Source: Gemmatimonadota bacterium (GTDB taxonomy: Bacteria > Gemmatimonadota > Gemmatimonadetes > Longimicrobiales > Gaopeijiaceae). From it: 26,737 bases of DNA. The DNA lies in the NCBI GenBank assembly GCA_003559555.1, contig PWLA01000155.1, positions 1-26,737 of the forward strand, given 5' to 3'. Positions 8,293 to 17,095 of the stretch are shown here, in pieces. Under the pieces are notes generated by a model. The model had not been told where the DNA came from. It made no database searches and saw only the letters and a program-made list of their open reading frames with translations. The stretch's first letter is position 1. Each line of letters opens with the position of its first letter. Position numbers and translations under genes: made by a program.

Positions 8293-8904
8293 ATGCTCGC
8301 CCTCTACGTCTTTGCGGCGGTGGTGGGACTCTCGCTCCTGGCGCTGGGTGCCCTGGGTGGCGAGGGCGGCCCCGACGAGTTCGAGCTCGACCTCGAGTTG
8401 GATGGCGACCTGGACGCCAGCGGTCTGGACAGCTCGTGGAAGAAGTGGTTATCCATGCGTTCTGCCGCCTACTTCATGGCAGGCTTCGGAGCCACTGGCC
8501 TTCTCCTCACCTATCTGGACGCGCCCGCGTTGGTGACGCTGGGAGTGGCGCTGGTCATGGGGGTCGCCTCCGGTGCCTTCATCCTGATGCTCTTTCGCTG
8601 GCTCCGCCAATCGGAAGGGGGCTTCTCCGCCCCTTCCGACGACTACATCGGAGCCGTGGGAACCGTTCGGGTCCCGATCCGACAGGACGCGCCGGGGAGC
8701 GTGGCCATCGAACACGGGGGTCGCACCCTGGTTCTCCGGGCTCGTCCCCTGGGTGAACCCGAATCCGACCCCTCTAACTGGCGTCGGGTCCTGGTGGTGG
8801 ATGTGGAGGCCCGCCACGGCATCCTCCTGGTGCAGCCCGCAGGAGAATTCCTGACCGGGCAGACAGGAGAAGACCCCCCGAATCCCGCTAGCCTCAGCCC
8901 ATGA
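8293..8904 (+). CDS. NfeD-like membrane protein (YuaF/YqiJ type, OB-fold C-terminus), partner of flotillin
   Basis: It has three predicted TM helices, then a C-terminal beta-rich soluble domain (GAVGTVRVPIRQDAPGSVAIEHGGRTLVLRARPLG...RRVLVVDVEARHGILLVQP). It lies directly upstream of an SPFH/flotillin gene. GGAGG sits 9 nt upstream of the ATG at 8293. The track's start at 8239 lacks an SD. Confidence 0.6.
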   Translation: MLALYVFAAVVGLSLLALGALGGEGGPDEFELDLELDGDLDASGLDSSWKKWLSMRSAAYFMAGFGATGLLLTYLDAPALVTLGVALVMGVASGAFILMLFRWLRQSEGGFSAPSDDYIGAVGTVRVPIRQDAPGSVAIEHGGRTLVLRARPLGEPESDPSNWRRVLVVDVEARHGILLVQPAGEFLTGQTGEDPPNPASLSP

Positions 8905-8952
8905 CCCAGCTTCGTCCCTCCCACCCATCCACCTCCTTCACGGGAAACCACA

Positions 8953-10350
8953 ATGCTTGAGATCGCATTTGCAGTCGGCGTGGTGGCGGTCATCGTCATC
9001 CTCGCCGCCGTGCTCACGGTGAAGAGCCTCATCGTCATCGTCCCCCCCAACCAGGCGGCGATCATCACGGGTCGACGCACGGGTACCGGGGATCAGAAGC
9101 GGAGCTACCGGACCCTCCGGGGTGGCCGGGCCCTCCGTGTTCCCATCATCGAGAAGGTGGACCGGATCAGCCTGTCCACCATCCCCCTGGAGGTCACGGT
9201 GCAGAACGCCTACTCCAAGGGGAACATCCCCCTGTCGGTCCAGGCCGTGGCCAACATCAAGATCGCCTGGGATCCGCCCCAGGCCTTCGACAACGCCATC
9301 GAGCGCCACCTTCCGTTCAACCGGGATGCCGTGGAGCAGCAGGCGAAGGAAACACTGGCCGCCAATCTCCGGGGCGTCCTGGCCACCATGACCCCCGAGG
9401 ACGTCAACGAGAACCGGATCAAGTTCGCCGAGGAGCTCCAGAAGGAAGCACACGACGACATGTTCACTCTGGGGCTCACCATCGACACCATTCGGATCCA
9501 GAACGTCTCCGACGAGGTGGACTACCTCGCTTCGGTGGGGCGCCGAAAGACAGCCGAGGTGGTCAGGGATGCCGAAATCGCTGAAGCTATGGCGCATGCC
9601 GAGACGGGCGAGCGTTCGGCGGAAGCCGACCGCCAGGCCCGGATCGCCCAGGCCAACGCCGACGCCGAGGCCAAGGAGCGGGAGGCCGACGCCGTCCGCC
9701 GGGCCGATGTGGCCAAGGCGCAGGCCGACCTGGCAATCGCCGAGGAGCAGAACCGACTCCGGGTCAAGCAGGCGGAGTTCGACGAGGAGGCCATGAGTCG
9801 CGAGCGTACGGCGGAGCAGAGGGCCCAGCTCGCCGAGGAACAGGCCCGCCTGGAGACCCAGACGCAGCGGGCCGAGACCGAGCAGGCCCGCCTGGACGCC
9901 GAGGTGATCCGGCCGGCCCGGGCCGAGCGGGAAGCTGCCGAGGAGAGGGCCAAGGCAGAAGCGGCTCCCATCATCGAGCGGGGCCGAGCCGAGGCCCAGG
10001 TGCTGGAACTCCTGACCCGCCGCATAAGGGATGGGGGGAACGACGCCATCACGGTCCTGGCCCTGGAGAAGCTCCCGGACCTCCTCCGGACCGCGGTGGA
10101 CTCCACCAGGGACATCGCCATCGAGCGACTGTTCGTCATGGATCAGGGCGATGGGAACGCCGTTGAGAACGCCACCAATCAGCGCCTCCGGGCGGCGGCG
10201 GGGCTCATGGAGCAAGTCACCGGCTACACCGGTCTCTCCCTGGAGGACCTGCTCTCCGGGGTCGGGCGGCAGTCCCGGATGGCCCCCGCCGCACCTGCTC
10301 CGGTGGAAGGGTCCAACGGCGATGAGCCCGAGTCGGTGCCGACGGATTGA
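8953..10350 (+). CDS. Flotillin-like SPFH/band-7 protein (YqiK/FloT type)
   Basis: An N-terminal TM segment is followed by an SPFH domain (IVIVPPNQAAIITGRR...VQAVANIKIA). A long Ala/Glu/Arg/Gln-rich coiled-coil region of EA repeats follows, then a conserved flotillin C-terminal block. Confidence 0.85.
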   Translation: MLEIAFAVGVVAVIVILAAVLTVKSLIVIVPPNQAAIITGRRTGTGDQKRSYRTLRGGRALRVPIIEKVDRISLSTIPLEVTVQNAYSKGNIPLSVQAVANIKIAWDPPQAFDNAIERHLPFNRDAVEQQAKETLAANLRGVLATMTPEDVNENRIKFAEELQKEAHDDMFTLGLTIDTIRIQNVSDEVDYLASVGRRKTAEVVRDAEIAEAMAHAETGERSAEADRQARIAQANADAEAKEREADAVRRADVAKAQADLAIAEEQNRLRVKQAEFDEEAMSRERTAEQRAQLAEEQARLETQTQRAETEQARLDAEVIRPARAEREAAEERAKAEAAPIIERGRAEAQVLELLTRRIRDGGNDAITVLALEKLPDLLRTAVDSTRDIAIERLFVMDQGDGNAVENATNQRLRAAAGLMEQVTGYTGLSLEDLLSGVGRQSRMAPAAPAPVEGSNGDEPESVPTD

Positions 10351-10469
10351 GTCCGTCGCGGTGGATCGAGGCTCCCGGTCGAACGGTCCGCCGGCTGCCG
10401 GGGTAGGTCGGGGCAGGTGGGCCCAAGAGGCCCGCTCGTAGTCGGAGACTCGGAAGACCTGGAGGCATC

Positions 10470-11672
10470 GTGGGCGATCGCAAAGGCACCATCGGCATCC
10501 TCACAGGCGGAGGAGATGTCCCCGGCCTGAATCCGGCGATCCGGGCCATCACCATCCGAGCTCTCAGGGAGGGGTACCGGGTGGTGGGGATCCGTCGGGG
10601 CTGGGCCGGTCTGGTGGATCTGACACCTGAGTCCGACGCCGACAACTCCACGTGCTTCCAGGTTCTCACCGAGGACGTGGTGAACCGGGCAGCTCGCACC
10701 GGCGGTACCTTCCTCCATACGTCCCGGACCCGACCCAGCACCCTGCCCCGATCCCTGGTGCCCGACCGCCTCAAGGACCGCTATACCGAAGGCGCCAACG
10801 ACCTCACCGACGTGGTCCTGGAGAACCTGGATTTCCTGGGGGTCGACCATCTGATCCCCATCGGCGGTGACGACACCCTCAGCTACGCCCAGCGGCTGCA
10901 TGAGGAAGGGGTTCGCGTGGTGGCCATCCCCAAGACCATGGACAACGATGTGCCGGGTACCGACTACTGCATCGGCTTCAGCACCTGCGTGACCCGCACC
11001 ATCGAGCTGACCCACCGCCTCCGGACCACCGCCGGATCCCATGAGCGGTTCCTGGTCCTGGAAGTCTTCGGACGGTACGCCGGCTTCACCGCGCTCCTCC
11101 CCACCATGGCGGGGGCGGCGGATCGATGCGTGATCCCCGAGCACCCCTTCGACATCGAGCACCTGGCCGAACTCCTGTCGTACGATCGCCGACGCCACCC
11201 CAGCACCTATTCGGTGGTGCTGATCTCTGAGGGGGCCCGGATGAAGCACCAGGACAGCCTCACCTTCAAGGGTGACGAACCGGACATGTACGGGCATCGC
11301 AAGCTGGGGGGCGTGGGGGACGACGTTTCGGCGCTCCTGAAGCAGCTTTCCCCCCGATTCAACCAGGGGCGGAGGGTGAATGTGGTCAACCAGCGGCTGG
11401 GCTACCTGGTCCGCTCGGGGGAGCCCGACGCCATGGACTCCATCGCTCCCATGGCTTTCGGAAATCTGGCACTGGACCTGATCCTCGAGGGGACCTCGGG
11501 ACGGCTGTTGAATGTGCGGGACGGCGTGTACGGAAGTGTGCCTCTGGAGGTGGTGAAGAAGCCGGCCCGGAGGGTGGACGTGGAACGCTTCTACCGCCCG
11601 GAGCGGCTCCGGCCCAACTACCGGAGCTTCGACGGCCTGCCGGTTCTCATCATGACGGGACCAAACACATGA
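10470..11672 (+). CDS. pfp: 6-phosphofructokinase with pyrophosphate-dependent (PPi-PFK) signature residues
   Basis: GILTGGGDVPGLN matches the PFK N-terminal motif. IGGDDTL and PKTMDNDV carry Asp and Lys at the positions that are Gly and Gly in ATP-PFKs (GGDG, PGTIDND). The start is GTG with GGAGG 4 nt upstream. Confidence 0.85.
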   Translation: MGDRKGTIGILTGGGDVPGLNPAIRAITIRALREGYRVVGIRRGWAGLVDLTPESDADNSTCFQVLTEDVVNRAARTGGTFLHTSRTRPSTLPRSLVPDRLKDRYTEGANDLTDVVLENLDFLGVDHLIPIGGDDTLSYAQRLHEEGVRVVAIPKTMDNDVPGTDYCIGFSTCVTRTIELTHRLRTTAGSHERFLVLEVFGRYAGFTALLPTMAGAADRCVIPEHPFDIEHLAELLSYDRRRHPSTYSVVLISEGARMKHQDSLTFKGDEPDMYGHRKLGGVGDDVSALLKQLSPRFNQGRRVNVVNQRLGYLVRSGEPDAMDSIAPMAFGNLALDLILEGTSGRLLNVRDGVYGSVPLEVVKKPARRVDVERFYRPERLRPNYRSFDGLPVLIMTGPNT

Positions 11673-12157
11673 TCGACCCACAACGCGTCGACTTCCACGA
11701 GATCGCCCGGCGAGGCGACACCGAGGTCATGGAGGCCTGCCTGAAGGAGGGGCTCGACCCGGAGCTGCGGGACGCCCGGGGATTCGGCCTTCTCACCATC
11801 GCCGCGTACAACGATCAGGCCGCCATGGTGGAGCTCCTCCTGGATCGAGGTGCCAAGCCCGACGGTCCGGACGGGGGCGGAAACACGCCCCTCATGGGAA
11901 CCGCCTTCAAGGGCCACGCCGCCGCCGCCCGGAGCCTCCTGGCCGGAGGGGCCGATCCAGACGTCGCCAACCCTGCAGGCGCCACCGCCCTCCACTTTTC
12001 CGTCATGTTCGGCAACCGGGAGATGGTGGAGCTCCTCCTGGAGTACGACGCCGACCCCGGGGTGGCCGACCAGGAGGGACGCACCCCTCTGGATCTCGCC
12101 CGGAAGGACGGTCTTGATGAGATCGCTGGCCGACTGGCACAGGGCGAGGACGAATAG
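11669..12157 (+). CDS. Ankyrin-repeat protein (about 4 ANK repeats)
   Basis: Repeated blocks G-TPL--A---GH---V--LL--GAD match the ANK consensus. The ATG overlaps the pfp stop in an ATGA overlap. Confidence 0.8.
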   Translation: MIDPQRVDFHEIARRGDTEVMEACLKEGLDPELRDARGFGLLTIAAYNDQAAMVELLLDRGAKPDGPDGGGNTPLMGTAFKGHAAAARSLLAGGADPDVANPAGATALHFSVMFGNREMVELLLEYDADPGVADQEGRTPLDLARKDGLDEIAGRLAQGEDE

Positions 12158-12164
12158 GAGGAGC

Positions 12165-12530
12165 TCAGGCCTTCTCCCGCCCCATGAAGATCCAGGCGTA
12201 GAGGCCCGCGTTCAGGACCAGGACCGCTACGCCCATGACGATCTGATGGATCCGGGTCAGCCCTGCCGGATAGAGCACGCCGGCAATGTACTGCTCGATG
12301 AAGCCGGTGTCGTAGCCCTCCACCCCGCTCATCCGGAGGAAGTGGTTCTCCAGCGGCGTCAGGGGACAGATCCACCCCATCAGCGAGATGAGGGCCCCCC
12401 AGAGGAAGGCCGGCACGTGAATGAGCGCGATCCAACGCCGCCAGTGCACCAGGAAGGCCCCCAACGCCACGAAGAGGAGGAAGGCGAAGTGGGCCAACAT
12501 GGTGAGCTCGGCCAGGATCCGGTAGATCAT
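12165..12530 (-). CDS. DUF2784-family small membrane protein
   Basis: A 121-aa protein with three hydrophobic helices and the motif MGWICPLTPLEN, remembered as characteristic of DUF2784. Confidence 0.45.
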   Translation of the reverse strand: MIYRILAELTMLAHFAFLLFVALGAFLVHWRRWIALIHVPAFLWGALISLMGWICPLTPLENHFLRMSGVEGYDTGFIEQYIAGVLYPAGLTRIHQIVMGVAVLVLNAGLYAWIFMGREKA

Positions 12531-12558
12531 CGCCGCCTCCAGCCCTCGCCGCGTCCGG

Positions 12559-14721
12559 CTACATCACCGGGATGCCTTCACCCTCCAGCTCCACCGCCCA
12601 GACCCCCGAGTTGGTGTCGCTGAAGAAGATCAGACCCTTGAAGGGCATGGCGCTCCAGACCATGGGCGAGTTGGGCACATACCCGATGGGGTCAGCGGAC
12701 CGGTAGACGGCGATCTCCCGGCCCTGCGTGTAGAGGTTCCCCATGAGCTCGCCGGAGACGTCGACGACCCGAAGCCCCCCCTCGTAGTAGGCCTGATAGA
12801 GGACATCGTCCTCCACCCAGATGTTGTGGGTGCCGTACTCGGGCACCTCGTAACGGGCCACCATCTCCGGAGTGTCGGGATCCGTGAAGTCGATGATCTG
12901 GATATAGCCGGCGGTGCTCAGGATGGTGCCGCCGGTGCCCGTCTCCGGGTCATAGGGCACCTGGTAGTTGCCCGGCACACCCTGCCACGCCAGCCCCCGG
13001 CGGTTCATGATCTCGTCACCGACGAAGAGGTAGAAGTTCCCCGTGGACTCCTGGTGGTACGGGAAGACCGCGTGGGTCGCCCCGCCGGGGACGATGTACG
13101 AGTTGATGTAGACCGGGTTTTCGAGGCTCCCGCCCCAGGCCCCATTCCCCACGTCGTAGGCGATCACTCCGCATCCCCACTGGGCCGAGTAGGCCACCCC
13201 GTCGTGCACCCAGACGTCGTGGATACGGCAGTCCTCGTGCTGCACCTCGCTCACGATGTAGGGGTTGTAGATGTCGTCCACGTTCAGGATCACGTACTTC
13301 TCCCCAGCCGAGAGGGCAAAGACATGATCATCGGTGGGGAAGGCGTTGTGGACACCGCCGGTGAGTCGTTCGGTGAACTCGGTGGCAATCGTGGGATGGG
13401 CCGGTGTGGAGAGATCCAGGATCACCAGACCGTTCACCCGGTCCGAAGCGCCCTCCCGGGTCAGGGTGGCGAAGCGGGCGTCGGGAGAGACCTTCACGTC
13501 GTTGATGGAGCGGGCGTCCACCTGAATGGAATCGGTCTTCACCATGTTGCTGGGGTCGGTCACGTCGAATACGTACGCTTGCCCGTCGGACATCTTGGCG
13601 CCGGTGATCACGTAATCCCGCCCGTCAACGCCCTCGAAGACCCAGAAGTCGGTGGTCCTGACGTGGTCCTGTCGCGCCTGCCCCGAGACCTCCAGGTCGC
13701 GCACCACCTCCCGGGGCACCGCCTCGAAGGTGTGGCGGGCACTCAGGGGGCCGGCAGTGGCCACCACTGCGTGCTCTCCAGGCACGTCGGCCACCACCCG
13801 GCCGTCGGCCACCTGTCCCGGAGCCGCCGGCGCCCGGATGTCGGCAGGCGTCCGGTACCGGTGCGACCACTCGATGGGAAGGTCCTCCAACACGTTCCCG
13901 GCTTCGTCCCGGGCCACGGCCCTGAGGGTCTGGACGTCACCGGTCCGGACCTCGGGGCTGCCGCCCTCCAGCTCCAGCGATGCTGCGGGAAAGGCCGGAG
14001 CCCGGTCGGCCCACACCCCGGTCACCCCCTCGAAGGTGGCTTCCACCTGCACCGGACCTGCTTCCAGCGCCGTGACGTTTCCGAACCGGTCCACCCGGGC
14101 GGGCGAATCCCCTGGGATGGCCCACCGGACCTCCACCACCTCCGGCCGCTGGGAACCATCGGCATGGAAGGCCGCCACCTGAAAGCGCTGCGTGGTCCCC
14201 TGGTAGAGTTGGTGCTCGGAAGCCGGCTCCACCCGCACCTCGGTCACCGGGGGCCACTGCACCTCGACGGGCACCCGGAGGCTCAAGGGCTCCCGGTCGC
14301 TCCCGGGATCCACGATCTCCGTGACGACCAGGGCGTGGCTTCCCACCCCCTCGGCTCGGACCATCCCGTCGGCATAGCCGAGGGCGCCCCGGGGTCCCAC
14401 GACCCGGAGATCCACATCCAGCGCGTTCCCATCCCGGTCTTCCACCCGCAACTGGATGGGTGCCGTGGCCCCCCGCTCAAGGACCAGCTCGGAAGGCTCC
14501 GCCACGATCCGGTGGGGTTCCCCGTCACCCGTCGCCTGGCCCTCCAGGGCGCCAGCCGCCAGCAGCGTCAGGAGGAAGGCGCCCACAAGGGCCAGGACCG
14601 TGGCTCGCCAGATCTCTCCTCTGCGGGAGGATTCCAACGCCGCTCGAGCCTGGCCCTTCTGATGACGTGCGGGTCGGGTTGGCTCCGTTCGGGGGTCCCT
14701 TCGTCTCGTCTGCATCGTCAT
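12559..14721 (-). CDS. Secreted or surface protein with Ig-like (Big_2-type) domains followed by an LVIVD-repeat beta-propeller
   Basis: The N-terminal region has a hydrophobic anchor or signal (IWRATVLALVGAFLLTLLAAGA). Ig-like repeats follow (VTALEAGPVQVEATFEGVTG etc.). The C-terminal half carries repeated GVAYSA/ GLVILDLSTP/ YVILNVDDIYNP/ GGLRVVDVS blocks typical of LVIVD repeats. Confidence 0.55.
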   Translation of the reverse strand: MTMQTRRRDPRTEPTRPARHQKGQARAALESSRRGEIWRATVLALVGAFLLTLLAAGALEGQATGDGEPHRIVAEPSELVLERGATAPIQLRVEDRDGNALDVDLRVVGPRGALGYADGMVRAEGVGSHALVVTEIVDPGSDREPLSLRVPVEVQWPPVTEVRVEPASEHQLYQGTTQRFQVAAFHADGSQRPEVVEVRWAIPGDSPARVDRFGNVTALEAGPVQVEATFEGVTGVWADRAPAFPAASLELEGGSPEVRTGDVQTLRAVARDEAGNVLEDLPIEWSHRYRTPADIRAPAAPGQVADGRVVADVPGEHAVVATAGPLSARHTFEAVPREVVRDLEVSGQARQDHVRTTDFWVFEGVDGRDYVITGAKMSDGQAYVFDVTDPSNMVKTDSIQVDARSINDVKVSPDARFATLTREGASDRVNGLVILDLSTPAHPTIATEFTERLTGGVHNAFPTDDHVFALSAGEKYVILNVDDIYNPYIVSEVQHEDCRIHDVWVHDGVAYSAQWGCGVIAYDVGNGAWGGSLENPVYINSYIVPGGATHAVFPYHQESTGNFYLFVGDEIMNRRGLAWQGVPGNYQVPYDPETGTGGTILSTAGYIQIIDFTDPDTPEMVARYEVPEYGTHNIWVEDDVLYQAYYEGGLRVVDVSGELMGNLYTQGREIAVYRSADPIGYVPNSPMVWSAMPFKGLIFFSDTNSGVWAVELEGEGIPVM

Positions 14722-14782
14722 GGGTCTCCGGGCGGTTGGATGCCGTATCTGGGTTGTCCTGCTGTGCTGGGTGAGCCTGTAT

Positions 14783-14788
14783 ATTACT
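14783..14788 (+). promoter_or_regulatory. Candidate -10 element (tatatt, preceded by tg) in the divergent region upstream of trmH
   Basis: This is the only AT-rich hexamer in the 150-nt divergent intergenic region, 84 nt upstream of the trmH ATG. The upstream TTGTCC at 14757-14762 is spaced 20 nt away, which is suboptimal. Weak. Confidence 0.2.
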
Positions 14789-14871
14789 GTTCAGGGCCAT
14801 CAGCGCGACAGGGGTCGGTGGCTCCCGTCACGCCGGACGTGGCGGTCCTCCCGTCATTCACTGCCTCTATC

Positions 14872-15525
14872 ATGCTTCCACGTCGCTACCACCGCCTTCG
14901 CAGAGTTCTGGATCGCCGCCAGCCCGACCTGACCGTGGTCATGGAGCGGGTGAACAAGGCCCATAACTTCTCGGCGATCCTTCGGAGCTGCGATGCGGTG
15001 GGCGTGCTGGAGGCTCACGCCGTCCCGCCCGAAGGTGGACTCACCCTCCACCACGACACCTCGGGAGGATCGGCCAAGTGGATCCAGGTTCAGCGCCACC
15101 CCGCCGCCGCCGCCGCCATCGAGAGCCTCCAGGCCAGGGGCCACCAGGTGGTGGCGGCCCATCCCGCCGACGACGCCGTGGACTTCCGGGAGGTGGACTA
15201 CACCCGGCCCACCGCCCTCCTCATGGGCGCCGAGCTCTGGGGCGTAAGCGACGAGGCCCTCGAGGCCGCCGACCTGGCCGCCACCATCCCCATGCTGGGA
15301 ATGGTGCGCTCCCTGAACGTGTCGGTGGCCACCGCCCTTTTCCTCTACGAGGCCCAGCGGCAGCGGGAGGTGGAAGGGATGTACGCCGAGAGCCGCCTTC
15401 CCCCGGACCGGTACCGGGACCTTCTCTTTGAATGGGCCTACCCGGAGCTGGCGAGGCGGTACCGGGACCAGGGCAGAGCGTACCCCGAACTGGGACCGGA
15501 CGGAGAGCTCCCGAACGCCACCTGA
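14872..15525 (+). CDS. trmH: tRNA (guanosine(18)-2'-O)-methyltransferase TrmH (SpoU family)
   Basis: The N-terminus MLPRRYHRLRRVLDRRQPDLTVVMERVNKAHNFSAILRSCDAVGVLEAHAV is collinear with E. coli TrmH (MNPTRYARI...RRQPDLTVCMEQVHKPHNVSAII...). The size, about 218 aa, is appropriate. Confidence 0.85.
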   Translation: MLPRRYHRLRRVLDRRQPDLTVVMERVNKAHNFSAILRSCDAVGVLEAHAVPPEGGLTLHHDTSGGSAKWIQVQRHPAAAAAIESLQARGHQVVAAHPADDAVDFREVDYTRPTALLMGAELWGVSDEALEAADLAATIPMLGMVRSLNVSVATALFLYEAQRQREVEGMYAESRLPPDRYRDLLFEWAYPELARRYRDQGRAYPELGPDGELPNAT

Positions 15526-15526
15526 A

Positions 15527-16150
15527 TCAGGGGGCCAGCCGCTCCACCGCCCAGTGGTCCCCGTTCCTTCGATAAAGGAAGCGGTCGTGGAGCCGGTTCC
15601 CTCCGGCCTGCCAGAACTCCATCTCGGCAGGAAGAAGCCGGTAGCCCCCCCAGTGGTCGGGTCGGGGGATCTCCCCTCCCTCCAGGCGGGCCTCCATCGC
15701 GCGGTACCGGGCCTCCAGCGCTTCCCTCCCTCCAAGGGGTCGGCTCTGGTCCGACACGCAGGCTCCGATCCGGCTCCCCCGGGGACGGGTCCGGAAGTAG
15801 GCCTCCGATTCCTCCGACGAGACCCGCTCCACAGGCCCCCGAATCCGCACCTGCCGAGCCAGGTCGTCCCAGTAGAAGGTGAGAGCCGCTTTCGGGTGCT
15901 GTGCCAGTGCCCTGCCCTTCGCCGATCGGTAATTGGTGTAGAAGGTGAAACCCCGGGCGTCCAGCTCCTTCAGCAGCACGATCCGCCCGTCCGGCATCCC
16001 CTCGGGTGTGACCGTGGAGAGGGTCATGGCGTTGGGATACTCCATCCGGGAGAGTTCCCGGGCCTCCTCGAACCAGCGGGCAAAGAGCTCCAGCGGGTCG
16101 TCGGTGAGGAGGCTGGCGCGCAGGGGGGGAAGGGTGGTGGGGCTGGTCAC
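15527..16150 (-). CDS. pdxH: Pyridoxamine 5'-phosphate oxidase
   Basis: RIVLLKELDARGFTFYTNYRSAKG, IEFWQAGGNRLHDRFLYRR and a C-terminal RLAP match PdxH end to end. The start is GTG. The stop overlaps the downstream gene start by 4 nt. Confidence 0.9.
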   Translation of the reverse strand: MTSPTTLPPLRASLLTDDPLELFARWFEEARELSRMEYPNAMTLSTVTPEGMPDGRIVLLKELDARGFTFYTNYRSAKGRALAQHPKAALTFYWDDLARQVRIRGPVERVSSEESEAYFRTRPRGSRIGACVSDQSRPLGGREALEARYRAMEARLEGGEIPRPDHWGGYRLLPAEMEFWQAGGNRLHDRFLYRRNGDHWAVERLAP

Positions 16151-16995
16151 GTGGTCTCATCTCCAGAAAGGCGAAAGAGGTCTCGGGCGTTGTCGGCCAT
16201 GACCCGGGTCAGGTCGGCCCCGGACAGGGTTCCGGCCAGGGCCGCCCGAAGGGCGCTGTAGCGCTGGTAGTGACCCACCCCGAAATACGTGGCGTCGGTG
16301 CCGAAGAGAACCCGGTGCGTCCCCACGGCCCGAAGCGCTTCCAGCACCACCTCCACCGGCGTCTGGGCGGTATCCAGGTAGAGCTCCGCGTCGCCCTCTC
16401 GACAAGCGCTGGCCACGGCCTCGATGGCAGGCGTGTAGGGACCTCCGAAGCCCATGTGGTAGAGGACGACCGGGACCTGCGGGTGACGCCGCGCCAGAGC
16501 GCGGATCCGGGACGCCGAAGCTTCATCTCGGCTTCCGTCGCAGTGGACCACCACCGGGATCCCATGACGCCCGGCCAGCTCCAGGTAGGGGTCCACCCGG
16601 GGATCGTCAGCTTCAAAACCGTTCATCTCGGGGTGCAGCTTGATGCCCACGAAGACCCGGTCCGTCCAGCCGTTGGCCGCGTCTGGAGACAGGCGTTCGT
16701 CCAGGAAGGGCTCCAGTCGGCAGGCCGAGCCCGACTCCGGCCGGCCCCACAGGAGCCCCCGAATGCGGGAGGGGTGCCGCCGGACGAACTCCAGGGTTCG
16801 GCGGTTCGCCTCCTCCTCGGTGAGGCCCCGGGTCTTTCCAGGCACCGCGGCACCGTCGATGTTTGACACCAACGCCAGCGCCACCCCGCCCTGGTCCAGT
16901 TCGGCCAGAAGGGTCCCTTCGGACAGGTCGTATCCCTCGAAGCTGCCCACGTGGGCGTGGCAGTCGATGGTCTCAACGTCTGACAGGGTAGGCAA
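16147..16995 (-). CDS. Metal-dependent amidohydrolase-2 family (TIM-barrel) hydrolase
   Basis: The N-terminal IDCHAHVG metal-binding HxH motif, a later HCDG, and HMGFGG / FGTD blocks are typical of PF04909-type amidohydrolases. The start codon is TTG with GAGGAG 5 nt upstream. Confidence 0.65.
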   Translation of the reverse strand: MPTLSDVETIDCHAHVGSFEGYDLSEGTLLAELDQGGVALALVSNIDGAAVPGKTRGLTEEEANRRTLEFVRRHPSRIRGLLWGRPESGSACRLEPFLDERLSPDAANGWTDRVFVGIKLHPEMNGFEADDPRVDPYLELAGRHGIPVVVHCDGSRDEASASRIRALARRHPQVPVVLYHMGFGGPYTPAIEAVASACREGDAELYLDTAQTPVEVVLEALRAVGTHRVLFGTDATYFGVGHYQRYSALRAALAGTLSGADLTRVMADNARDLFRLSGDETT

Positions 16996-17095
16996 TGGAA
17001 CTCCTCTTCGATTCGGGCAGCGTGACGAACCGACGGACCCTCCCGACCCCCGAAGCCGGTCCAGGGTTCCGGGCCAGGGCAGCGGCGGGGACCCC

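Noticed and set aside
10470-11672. Annotating the phosphofructokinase as ATP-dependent PfkA
   Set aside because: The two diagnostic positions carry the PPi-PFK residues (Asp in GGDD, Lys in PKTMDND), so pfp/PPi-PFK is the better call pending assay.
12826-15525. 899-aa plus-strand ORF spanning the LVIVD gene region and trmH
   Set aside because: It is antisense to a well-supported 720-aa gene over most of its length. The translation is low-complexity (G/P/H/R-rich) with no domain-like blocks. Only the final 218 aa (trmH, 14872-15525) show real homology. This is a typical open-frame artefact of about 70% GC.
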